From: Candidatus Melainabacteria bacterium
GTDB lineage: Bacteria; Cyanobacteriota; Vampirovibrionia; Vampirovibrionales; JAJTHC01
Assembly (NCBI GenBank): GCA_026389055.1
Contig: JAPLIO010000211.1
Coordinates: 1-35,041 of the forward strand
Direction of reading: 5' to 3'
DNA: 35,041 nucleotides
A program made the position numbers and the translations under genes. The notes under the pieces were generated by a model. It saw only the letters and a program-made list of their open reading frames with translations. It made no database searches and was not told the DNA's origin. Positions 27,355 to 35,041 of the stretch are shown piece after piece. Position 1 is the stretch's first letter; every line of letters begins with the position of its first letter.

Positions 27355-28455
27355 TTAGGCAATCAACATACAGTCTCCATAAGAATAAAACCGATAGGCT
27401 TGGGCAACGGCATCTTCATAGGCGGAAAGCATCAATTCACGGTTGGCAAATGCTGAAACCAACATCATTAGGGTGGATTTTGGCAAGTGGAAGTTAGTCA
27501 ACATGGCATCTACCACTTGAAATTCAATACCAGGGTAAATAAATAATTCACTCCAGCCCGTATCGGCTTGGGTCAACGTGCCAGCTTGTTTTCTAATAGC
27601 CGTTTCAAGGGTTTTTACGCTAGTGGTGCCAACGGCTACCACTCTACCGCCGTTGGCTTTGGTGGCAATAATCGCATCAACGGTTTCTTGTGGAAGGGTA
27701 TACCATTCGGCGTGCATGGCGTGTTGCCGAATATCATCTACTTGCACAGGGCGAAACGTGCCTGCCCCAACGGAAAGCGTTACTTCACTGATAGTAACCC
27801 CCTTGGCACGAATGGCTTCTAGCACTTCAGGGGTAAAGTGTAAGCCTGCCGTAGGGGCTGCTTGAGACCCTTCTACTTTGTTGTAAACCGTTTGATACCG
27901 CTCCTTATCAATGGCTTCGGCTCTTCTGGCAAAATACGGTGGAATAGGGAGTTCACCGACTTTTTCCATTAGCTCATTCATCGAAGCTTCCCCGCCCAGT
28001 AAATGAGCCTTTACTACACCATGCCCTAAGCCTTGACGTGCCATTACTTCAAGCACGCTGGTGGTATTGGGTAGTTCAATTAACGTGCCTTCTTTTAATT
28101 TTTTGATGGGTTTTAGCAGGCAATTCCAAGTGAGGGCTTCGGTATCGGCTTCATCGCCCGTGGGGTGCAGTAACAGCACTTCCACTTTACCTTTATAGCC
28201 CCTTCTATTGCCAAAAATTCTGGCAGGTAGCACTTTCGTATTGTTGATAACCAATAAATCTTCTGGTTGAAGCCATGCTACTAAATCTGTAAAGTGCTTG
28301 TGTTCCCATGTTTGGGTTTCACGGCTAATGTGCATCATTTTAGAGGCACTACGTTGGGGTAGCGGATATTTGGCAATCAATTGTTCAGGCAAGTGGTAAT
28401 CGTAAGCTTCTAACGAAAAAAGATTAAGGGTCTCAGTAGTGGAAAGTGTTATCAT
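27355..28455 (-). CDS. queA: S-adenosylmethionine:tRNA ribosyltransferase-isomerase
   Basis: YDYHLPEQLIAKYP, NNTKVLPARI, IPPYF and AAPTAGLHFT motifs are typical of QueA. Confidence 0.93.
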   Translation of the reverse strand: MITLSTTETLNLFSLEAYDYHLPEQLIAKYPLPQRSASKMMHISRETQTWEHKHFTDLVAWLQPEDLLVINNTKVLPARIFGNRRGYKGKVEVLLLHPTGDEADTEALTWNCLLKPIKKLKEGTLIELPNTTSVLEVMARQGLGHGVVKAHLLGGEASMNELMEKVGELPIPPYFARRAEAIDKERYQTVYNKVEGSQAAPTAGLHFTPEVLEAIRAKGVTISEVTLSVGAGTFRPVQVDDIRQHAMHAEWYTLPQETVDAIIATKANGGRVVAVGTTSVKTLETAIRKQAGTLTQADTGWSELFIYPGIEFQVVDAMLTNFHLPKSTLMMLVSAFANRELMLSAYEDAVAQAYRFYSYGDCMLIA

Positions 28456-28646
28456 TGAAAAACCTAGCGTGTCGGAAGAGAAAAAAAGGGGCTATTACGT
28501 TAGTATATCTAAAGCAGAAAAATAATAAAATCTGCTTTTATAAAAGATCGTGTTCCGAATCCATCTGTTGAAGGTTTTCTACTATCGTATGATATAAGCC
28601 CTATTTTTTACTGTTAGATGAATTCCCGCTTGATAGGTGTTTTCTT

Positions 28647-29681
28647 TTGAAACCGAATACCGTCCAACCCGCTAGTTATCCGTTTTCCCCATTAAAGCCC
28701 AACGCTTCAGTGGGAAAGTTGGCAATGGCTGTGCCGAGAGAAACGGCGGTTTTAACCCCTTTAGACGCCTATGATGGCACAACAGGCACGTTAGGAAGTG
28801 CGACGTCAGTATCTACATCTGCTTCTGCTTCTCCTCGTAATGAGGCAACGGCTTCTGGATGGCAACCCCTTTGGCATGGTTTGCTGGCTTCAGCGGTGGG
28901 TATTTCCGCAGGGTTATTGGCGGGGGAATGGTCTTGGCGGGAACGTCCCCACACGCTAGCCAAAAAGTTGGAAGAAAATAAGCAAGCCTTTTTAAAAATG
29001 GTTAAAACCCCGTTAAGCGAAAAGCAACTGCAAAATATTGGGCAAATTGGCGGACTAGCCAGTACTTATAATGAACTAGTAGCTAAGTATAAAAACCAGG
29101 ATAGTTTACAGCTAGAATTACCCAATGTTTCAGGTGATAGTGGTCAGTTTGTAAAAAACATTGTGCATTTATTCGCCCATTGGGATTCCCAAGCTTTTGA
29201 TTTACATAGAATGGAACAATCGATAGAAACGCATCACTCTCAAAAACAAGTTTTCGGCCTATTTGGCGATGGCTCCTTACAGAATACGCTTATTATGAAA
29301 GAAGAAGCCCCTGTAGGGTGGTTTAATTGGCTACGCATCAGCGAAAAAGAGTTGATGAGTATCGATATTTTGGGGCAGTTATCCCAAGCTGCACGGCAAT
29401 CAAAATGGGTTGCAGGGGGTGTAGCAGGCGGTATAATAGGGGCAGGGATGCTATTGTTAACGCTAGGGCATCCAAAAAGCAATAAAGCCACCCCAGTTTT
29501 GACTTCTGCGTCTGCTTCTGTGCCTAACGCTAATGGTAAAGAAGTAGAAAGCGACCCCTTGCCAACAGAGCCTCTGTTGCCTTCGGAAATAACAACGGAA
29601 GCTGGAAGCATACAGACTGTAGAAGAAAGACCTACAACAGAAACCGTGCAGGAATTTTGGGAAAAACAACGTAAGCACTAG
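28647..29681 (+). CDS. Hypothetical membrane protein with two predicted TM helices
   Basis: 344-aa ORF. TM-like LLASAVGISAGLLAG and VAGGVAGGIIGAGMLLLTL. Ser/Thr-rich ends. Start is uncertain: TTG at 28647 or ATG at 28725. Confidence 0.5.
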   Translation: MKPNTVQPASYPFSPLKPNASVGKLAMAVPRETAVLTPLDAYDGTTGTLGSATSVSTSASASPRNEATASGWQPLWHGLLASAVGISAGLLAGEWSWRERPHTLAKKLEENKQAFLKMVKTPLSEKQLQNIGQIGGLASTYNELVAKYKNQDSLQLELPNVSGDSGQFVKNIVHLFAHWDSQAFDLHRMEQSIETHHSQKQVFGLFGDGSLQNTLIMKEEAPVGWFNWLRISEKELMSIDILGQLSQAARQSKWVAGGVAGGIIGAGMLLLTLGHPKSNKATPVLTSASASVPNANGKEVESDPLPTEPLLPSEITTEAGSIQTVEERPTTETVQEFWEKQRKH

Positions 29682-29692
29682 CGTGAAAAACC

Positions 29693-32600
29693 TTAACCTG
29701 TGGTGCCTAAGCCAATGGCGATGCCTTCAATACTAGAAACAATCGCCCGATGATACGCTTCCTTCAACGAAAGAGAGTGTTCTTGGCTTTTCACCCCTTC
29801 TACAGATAACCCAATCGGCTGATTGAGCGTTTCTTCAGGCAATTGCCTGTATTCCTGCAACAATTGGCACTGAATCAGGTTCAGCGGGTCTAAATAATGG
29901 GCTTTTAGGGCAATAGATTCAGCTAACCACCTATCCCCAGGCGTGGTAGAAAGTAATTCACCGCCAATTAAGCGTTCCACCCATGCTACAGAACGCTGAT
30001 ATTCCGCCTCAATTAACGCAAAAACTTGGGTTAATTTGGGCAGTTGTTCTGGTGGGGAAAGTTGCGTTAAATAGGCTTTTGCAATAGATAAATCCGTTTG
30101 TTTTAAGCTGATTTGCGTGTTTTCAATCAGGCTTCTAAAAAATGCCCATTCGCTTTGAATCACCTTCAATTCTGCCAGCAACGGAGCTTCCCCTTTTTGC
30201 AAAGCTAACGCTTCTAGTGCAGACCCAATACCATACCACCCAGGCACAATTTGCCTAGATTGAAACCATCTGAAAACCCACGGAATGGCTCGTAAATCTG
30301 CAATTGATTTCATCGCCCGCCGTTTGGAAGGTCTCGACCCAATTTGCATCAATTCCACTTCCCGAGGGGTAACGTGGTCAAAATACGCCAAAAAATCAGG
30401 ATGATGATGTACTAAGGCTTGATAGGTTGCCAAGGCTTTTTGGGAAAGGGTTTCCAGTAATTCGTGCCATTCGGGTAAGGGGTCTGCTGTGGGGTTGCTT
30501 TGGTGGGTTAAAATGGCGGCTACAATTGTTTCAAAATGCAGTTTTGCCGTATCAGGCACGTTGTAAAGCCTTGAAAGCACTTCGCCCTGTTCGGTTAAAT
30601 CCTGCCCGAAAGCGGCACTACCTGTGGGTAATGCTTGAATGGCTCTGGCAGTGGGCATGCCGCCTCGCCCAATATTACCACCCCTACCATGGAAAAACCG
30701 CAATTGAATGTTATAGCGTTTGGCTACGGCTAGTAGTTGTTCTTGGGCTTTAAATAGTTCCCAATGGCTAGTTACATACCCGCCATCTTTATTACTATCG
30801 GAATACCCCAACATAATCAGTTGCTGATTATTCCTAGCTTTTAGTTGTAGCTGATAAGCTTCATTTTGAAAGAGGTCTTCCATCACGGCGGGGGCGTGGC
30901 GTAAATCTTCAATGGTTTCAAATAGAGGAACGACATCCAACTGGCTTTCAAAGTTGCCTGCTAAAGTTTGTTGAAATAACCCGACTGTTTTCATCAGTAA
31001 TAACGCACTTAACACATCGCTAGCTTGTTGTGTCATGGAAAGAACGAAATACTGGCAGGCCCCATCACCCACGACAGGTTTTAGGCGTTTTACTTTTTCT
31101 AACATCCCTAGAATACGGGCTTCATACCATTGTGGGGGTAGTACTTTGCCTTCTTCTGCTAAGCTATTGGCTGAAGCCGATAAGGCTAATAGTTCCAACG
31201 GAACTACTGCTCTGGAAGCTAACAGGGCTTGGTTTAAAGCCTTCGTTGCGGGTTTCTCTTGCTGATGAGCAACCCCTAATGCTTCTAATAAGTGCGTGGC
31301 AGTTGCATTAACCCACTGCGTATCTTCCCGAACATCCAAACTAGCGAAGTGAAATCCGAATAGACTGACTTTTAGTTGCAAGGGTTGCACACTGCGTTTC
31401 ACACTACGACAAAAGCCTTGTTCGTTGAGTAACGAAGCCAGCAAGGCTAAATCTGCCGAAAATTGTTGGGCAGATTCATAAGTGTAGCCCTGCACGGTAG
31501 AAAAATTGAGGTTTTCTGCCTTTAAAAACGCATCACATTGCACCAACGAAGCTTTTAGCCGTTCGCCCATTAGGTTTACCATTAAGCGGAAGGGCTCTTT
31601 TACACGGTCTTGATGATACTGTGAAGCCAACAGCGGATTGGTTTCATTAATCAGTGCCAACGTATCATTCAACCAATTTTCTAAGGTACTAGGCCATGTT
31701 TTTAGCTTGTAAACCGCCATGCTTAACCGTGGGCCTAGCTGGCGTAAATCTGCCAAATAAAGTTGAAGAATGGCTTGGTGTTGCCATAATAAGGCATTTC
31801 TAAAAACCAATGGCGTTACAAAAGGGTTGCCATCTAAATCGCCACCCACCCAAGAACCGAGGGTTAGTAGGGGTTCTCCGCCACCATGCAGGGTGCATTG
31901 CCCTGTTAGTTTTGCTTCCCAGCTAGTGGTTTCATTGCCAGTAGAAGAAGGGGTATTTAGCTCCATTAAAGTTTGATGTAATTCTGGCACGGCAGTGTAA
32001 AGCGTCCGTTCCATATAGCCTATCACGCTACGAATTTCATCTTGAACTTTTGGGCGTTTCCATCGGCTAAACTGCGTAAACCATAGTAGTTCAACCGTTT
32101 CTTGCAGTGAAGAAAGCGTTTCCTGAAAGGTGGCTAAGGTTTGTTGCGGAGTTAGTAGTTGTTTTAGTAACGAAAATACATGGCGTTGATGCCTTAACAT
32201 GGTTTGCCGTAAAATTTTGGTGGGATGGGCCGTAGCCACCAACCGAACCCGAGTGCCCGCCCAGTGCGTAGTGCCACCAACTGCCCGTTGAAGTTTCAAC
32301 GCTTTTAGTGGCGATTCTGCCTTCAGAGACCTTAGTACGCTTTCAATTAAGTTGGTTAGTGTAATAAATAACCGAAAAGCTGAAGCCACTTTTTCTAGCT
32401 GGGCTAGGCGTTCAATGGGGGTGGTATTTGCACCGAGGGTTTCTTGTAGGGTGTTAGAAAGCGTGTCAACATCAATACCACCTTGTTGTTGCCTGCCCGT
32501 TTTGGCTCTTCGGCGAAGGGTTTCAATCAGGTGATAAAACGCTTGTCCTTCTTGTTCCTGTAATACTTGCCCTAAAATACTGCCTACTAACCGAACTATT

Positions 32601-32803
32601 TGCTGAGAAAGCGGGGCATTCAAGAAGGAGTTTTTCAATTTTTCTTCGTCGGGGTAATCCAGCCCATCAACTTGAGTTAGGCTAATTTTTAGGTGTTGAT
32701 ACGCCTGCCAAAGCCATTGCGTATGTGGGGTTTCTTGGGTTGAAGTGGAGGTAGGCATTAGGCTGGCGGTTCCTGATAGATTAAACGTGTTGACCATCAT
32801 CAT
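29693..32803 (-). CDS. ppc: Phosphoenolpyruvate carboxylase
   Basis: VATAHPT, LGYSDSNKDGG and FHGRGGNIGRGG motifs, with a C-terminal ...GTTG. Start set at the ATGx3 run (32795-32803); the track start at 32866 is an upstream GTG. Confidence 0.95.
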   Translation of the reverse strand: MMMVNTFNLSGTASLMPTSTSTQETPHTQWLWQAYQHLKISLTQVDGLDYPDEEKLKNSFLNAPLSQQIVRLVGSILGQVLQEQEGQAFYHLIETLRRRAKTGRQQQGGIDVDTLSNTLQETLGANTTPIERLAQLEKVASAFRLFITLTNLIESVLRSLKAESPLKALKLQRAVGGTTHWAGTRVRLVATAHPTKILRQTMLRHQRHVFSLLKQLLTPQQTLATFQETLSSLQETVELLWFTQFSRWKRPKVQDEIRSVIGYMERTLYTAVPELHQTLMELNTPSSTGNETTSWEAKLTGQCTLHGGGEPLLTLGSWVGGDLDGNPFVTPLVFRNALLWQHQAILQLYLADLRQLGPRLSMAVYKLKTWPSTLENWLNDTLALINETNPLLASQYHQDRVKEPFRLMVNLMGERLKASLVQCDAFLKAENLNFSTVQGYTYESAQQFSADLALLASLLNEQGFCRSVKRSVQPLQLKVSLFGFHFASLDVREDTQWVNATATHLLEALGVAHQQEKPATKALNQALLASRAVVPLELLALSASANSLAEEGKVLPPQWYEARILGMLEKVKRLKPVVGDGACQYFVLSMTQQASDVLSALLLMKTVGLFQQTLAGNFESQLDVVPLFETIEDLRHAPAVMEDLFQNEAYQLQLKARNNQQLIMLGYSDSNKDGGYVTSHWELFKAQEQLLAVAKRYNIQLRFFHGRGGNIGRGGMPTARAIQALPTGSAAFGQDLTEQGEVLSRLYNVPDTAKLHFETIVAAILTHQSNPTADPLPEWHELLETLSQKALATYQALVHHHPDFLAYFDHVTPREVELMQIGSRPSKRRAMKSIADLRAIPWVFRWFQSRQIVPGWYGIGSALEALALQKGEAPLLAELKVIQSEWAFFRSLIENTQISLKQTDLSIAKAYLTQLSPPEQLPKLTQVFALIEAEYQRSVAWVERLIGGELLSTTPGDRWLAESIALKAHYLDPLNLIQCQLLQEYRQLPEETLNQPIGLSVEGVKSQEHSLSLKEAYHRAIVSSIEGIAIGLGTTG

Positions 32804-32920
32804 AAGAGAATTTTTTCTTTTTCTAGAAAGGCAACGGTTGCAGATTGATACCTTATTAGCGTACACTTTTTAGCCCCCTTAGGCAAGAAGAGCGTCGTTT
32901 AATACCAATTTGAAAGATTA

Positions 32921-33067
32921 GACCTCTTGCATGACTCGATATCTGGGGCATCTTTTTTGTCATTTGCGGTACTCCTTTGGTTATTTAGTTAGTTAGTCTA
33001 AACGCCCGTCAGTCCGTTCCTCATTCCTCAAATCTGCACCCACCTATCGAGCCATGCAAGAGGTCTA
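32921..33067 (+). mobile_element. Complete ~147-bp MITE-like element (element A) with ~21-23 bp terminal inverted repeats
   Basis: The left end, (TA)GACCTCTTGCATGACTCGATA, and right end, TATCGAGCCATGCAAGAGGTCTA, are reverse complements with 1 mismatch. It has no ORF. It is flanked by TTA (32918-32920 and 33068-33070). It interrupts a copy of the element B arm. Confidence 0.65.
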
Positions 33068-33084
33068 TTAAATAGCCTGTTCTC

Positions 33085-33121
33085 TCATCGATTGTTGTGT
33101 CAGTCTTTCGCTGGTTGGTTT
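33085..33121 (+). repeat. Second copy of the element C 37-mer
   Basis: TCATCGATTGTTGTGTCAGTCTTTCGCTGGTTGGTTT matches 4463-4499 at 36/37. Confidence 0.6.
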
Positions 33122-33317
33122 CAACGCTTACCCTATTTAAACTTTTAATGCGTATACTCTGATAATTTTCGCTTCGTAGGGGGTGCCTCTTGTGGCATCC
33201 CGAATCCTGATTTTAGGTCTTTTAATCTTTAAATGGGTATCAGGTGGCATGTTTCTATTACAATAAGAGAAATAAGTCTTCCTGCTGAAATGCCCCTTTT
33301 TAGGTTCTACCCCCACG

Positions 33318-35041
33318 ATGATGATGCTTCCCGCCCCCGCCACCCCTACCAACCAACCAGAAGACGCCTGCCTGCAGTTGGTATTCCCAACCACCGCAAC
33401 AGAACACACCACCTGCGAACTAGAAAGCTTTATTCTAGGGCAACTGAAAGCACCCGCTACCGCCCTATGGGTTCAAGGCGAACCCGCTTTGCTCAGTGCA
33501 GAAGGCTATTTCGCCCATGTTGTTACCCTGCATGATGGGTTAAACACCTTTTATTTAGAAACCGATTTAGGCGAAGCCCACACCGTGCAAATTCGGCAAT
33601 GGGTGCCAGCCCTGCAATCGTTGAATCAATCCGTTTTCTTCAAAGAAGCTAGCTTACAATTAGCCAATGGGGGCGTTACCCCCACCCCCGCCGTTTACCA
33701 ATGGCACGATAAAGTAACCGTGCAGTGCCTTACCTTGGGCGATGCCGAAATTAAAAACGTAACCGCCCTACTAACCGATGCCCGTGGTAGAGCCGTAACC
33801 CAAGCAAGGCTTATTGCCAAACAGGTAACGGAAAACCCTAATACCCGCTATCATTGGGAAAACCGAGAAGCCATTTTTGCCCAACTGCACCAAACCGTTC
33901 CTGCATTGCCTAAAACCATTGGCTGGTTTGAAGGCGTACTACAATTACCCCCATTTTGGCTGGCAGGTAATGCCCTAACCCCGCAAGGTGGCATGCCACT
34001 GTATTTAGAACTATTTGCCCAAGGGGCAGCAACAGGGCTTTCAGGCGAACGCTGGAAACCTTCGGGCGTGAAGATAGAAGTATGGAATCAGGCCAAATTT
34101 GTTCAAACCACGGCGGAAGAAACCGTTATACGCAGTAGTGCTTCCCCTAATGGAGCAAGAATAACTACATTACCCAAGCAAACCAGTTTAGCCATTAGCG
34201 GGCAACAAGGCGATTGGTTTGAAGTAAGCTTTGCCAATGGTAGTAACGGGTTTGTTGATGCACACCAAACCACGCCGTTAGAATCAGGCTTATTGCCAAG
34301 CGTTGCATTAAAAACGGTGATTGTTTCACAACTAGAAGCACACCAGTGGCACATCACTTGCCCCTTGCCCCGAAAAATCCCCTTTTTTGTAGCAGTAAAC
34401 GAAGAGAACAATCAGCTTGTTTTAACGCTAGATGCCGTTGAGCATCAGTGCGATTTTATTCATTTTCAGCCGTTTCAAGAAAATCCGCCACTGGGGGTTA
34501 AGGTTTCAACGCCCTGCAATGGGCAAACGGTTGTAACTGTTCAGCTACCCAACCGTTTTTGTGGTTATAAACTAACATGGCAGGAACAAGGATTGGTGCT
34601 TTCCTTACGGAGCCTACCCACGGTAAAATCTGCCTGTACTATCGTGATTGATGCAGGGCATGGTGGCGAAGAACTAGGGGCAATTGGCTTAGATGGCAAG
34701 CCCGAAAAAAACTGGACGCTAACCATGGCGAAAGCCCTTCAACAGCAGTTGAAGCTGGCAGGTTTCCCGTTAGTGCAGTTAACACGTAGTACGGATGTAG
34801 CGATTGCCTTAACCGAACGACAAGCGATGCTGGAAGAGATAGAAGCCCATATCAGTTTAAGCATTCATGCCAATGCGTTACCAGAAGGCAGGAATCCGTG
34901 GCAGTTTGAAGGGGTTAGTGCGTTTTATTACCATGCCCATGCTAGAAGGTTGGCGTTGGCTATTGTGAATAAGGTGGTTAACCAAGCCAAACGCCCGAAT
35001 GATGGCTTGTTTTTTGATAACTTGGCGATGACTCGGCCTTC
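33318..35041 (+). CDS. N-acetylmuramoyl-L-alanine amidase (Amidase_3) with an SH3b-like domain; 3'-partial, runs off the window
   Basis: Not in the ORF track because it has no stop in the window. I read frame 0 (positions divisible by 3) open from the ATGx3 at 33318 to the end. IVIDAGHGGEELGA...SIHANA at 34642 onward is Amidase_3. ETVIRSSASPNGARITTLPKQTSLAISGQQGDWFEVSF is SH3b-like. Confidence 0.85.
   Translation, partial: MMMLPAPATPTNQPEDACLQLVFPTTATEHTTCELESFILGQLKAPATALWVQGEPALLSAEGYFAHVVTLHDGLNTFYLETDLGEAHTVQIRQWVPALQSLNQSVFFKEASLQLANGGVTPTPAVYQWHDKVTVQCLTLGDAEIKNVTALLTDARGRAVTQARLIAKQVTENPNTRYHWENREAIFAQLHQTVPALPKTIGWFEGVLQLPPFWLAGNALTPQGGMPLYLELFAQGAATGLSGERWKPSGVKIEVWNQAKFVQTTAEETVIRSSASPNGARITTLPKQTSLAISGQQGDWFEVSFANGSNGFVDAHQTTPLESGLLPSVALKTVIVSQLEAHQWHITCPLPRKIPFFVAVNEENNQLVLTLDAVEHQCDFIHFQPFQENPPLGVKVSTPCNGQTVVTVQLPNRFCGYKLTWQEQGLVLSLRSLPTVKSACTIVIDAGHGGEELGAIGLDGKPEKNWTLTMAKALQQQLKLAGFPLVQLTRSTDVAIALTERQAMLEEIEAHISLSIHANALPEGRNPWQFEGVSAFYYHAHARRLALAIVNKVVNQAKRPNDGLFFDNLAMTRP

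Noticed and set aside
28552-28562. tRNA-like T-arm motif GTTCCGAATCC
   Set aside because: It has an extra base relative to GGTTCGAATCC, and the surrounding sequence gives no acceptor or anticodon stems. I found no convincing tRNA, rRNA, tmRNA, RNase P or SRP RNA signature in any gap.
1084-31976. Many 60-130 aa ORFs antisense to, or out of frame within, the large genes (for example 1084-1422, 10472-10861, 12033-12353, 13361-13720, 27578-27865, 29240-29611, 30427-30753, 31030-31311)
   Set aside because: Each is fully nested in a gene with strong family motifs on the other strand or frame. No independent support.
33137-33535. ORFs 33137-33412 (minus) and 33233-33535 (plus)
   Set aside because: Both overlap the repeat region and the 5' end of the long amidase reading frame, which begins at 33318 in another frame. 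The amidase frame stays open for more than 570 codons and has clear domain motifs.

Overview
A 35-kb stretch of bacterial chromosome, mostly housekeeping genes. I call 33 CDS and found no rRNA, tRNA or CRISPR array. Recognisable genes:
- DNA and nucleotide metabolism: a class Ia ribonucleotide reductase large subunit strikingly similar to eukaryotic R1, dnaN, a DnaQ-like exonuclease.
- Translation: rpsU, and a truncated ribosomal-protein block rpsE-rpmD-rplO-secY-adk-map-infA-rpmJ.
- Cell wall: a class A PBP and two multi-domain Amidase_3 proteins.
- tRNA modification: queC, queA, trmFO.
- Other: aldehyde dehydrogenase, MBL-fold hydrolase, secreted thioredoxin-like protein, two prepilin-like proteins, an orphan flbD, a TPR protein, an FmdB zinc-ribbon protein, ppc.

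Two genes are missing from the ORF track and were read directly from the sequence: rpmJ (37 aa) and the second amidase, which runs off the 3' end.

The gene order, trmFO and flbD point to a non-proteobacterial lineage. I cannot place it more precisely without a search.

I found no clear multi-gene novel system. The observations worth a second look are:
1. 11 of 33 genes start with tandem in-frame ATGs (ATGATG up to five ATGs).
2. Three families of short intergenic repeats: two MITE-like elements with TTA flanks, one nested in the other, and a G-run/hairpin family.
3. A single AT-rich DUF3800 gene sits directly behind the PBP gene. It is followed by 590 nt with no ORF, which separates it from rpsE where the rest of the spc operon would normally be.
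4. The eukaryote-type RNR R1 has no R2 gene nearby.
5. The adenylate kinase has a degenerate P-loop.

All alignments and counts were done by eye and need computational confirmation.
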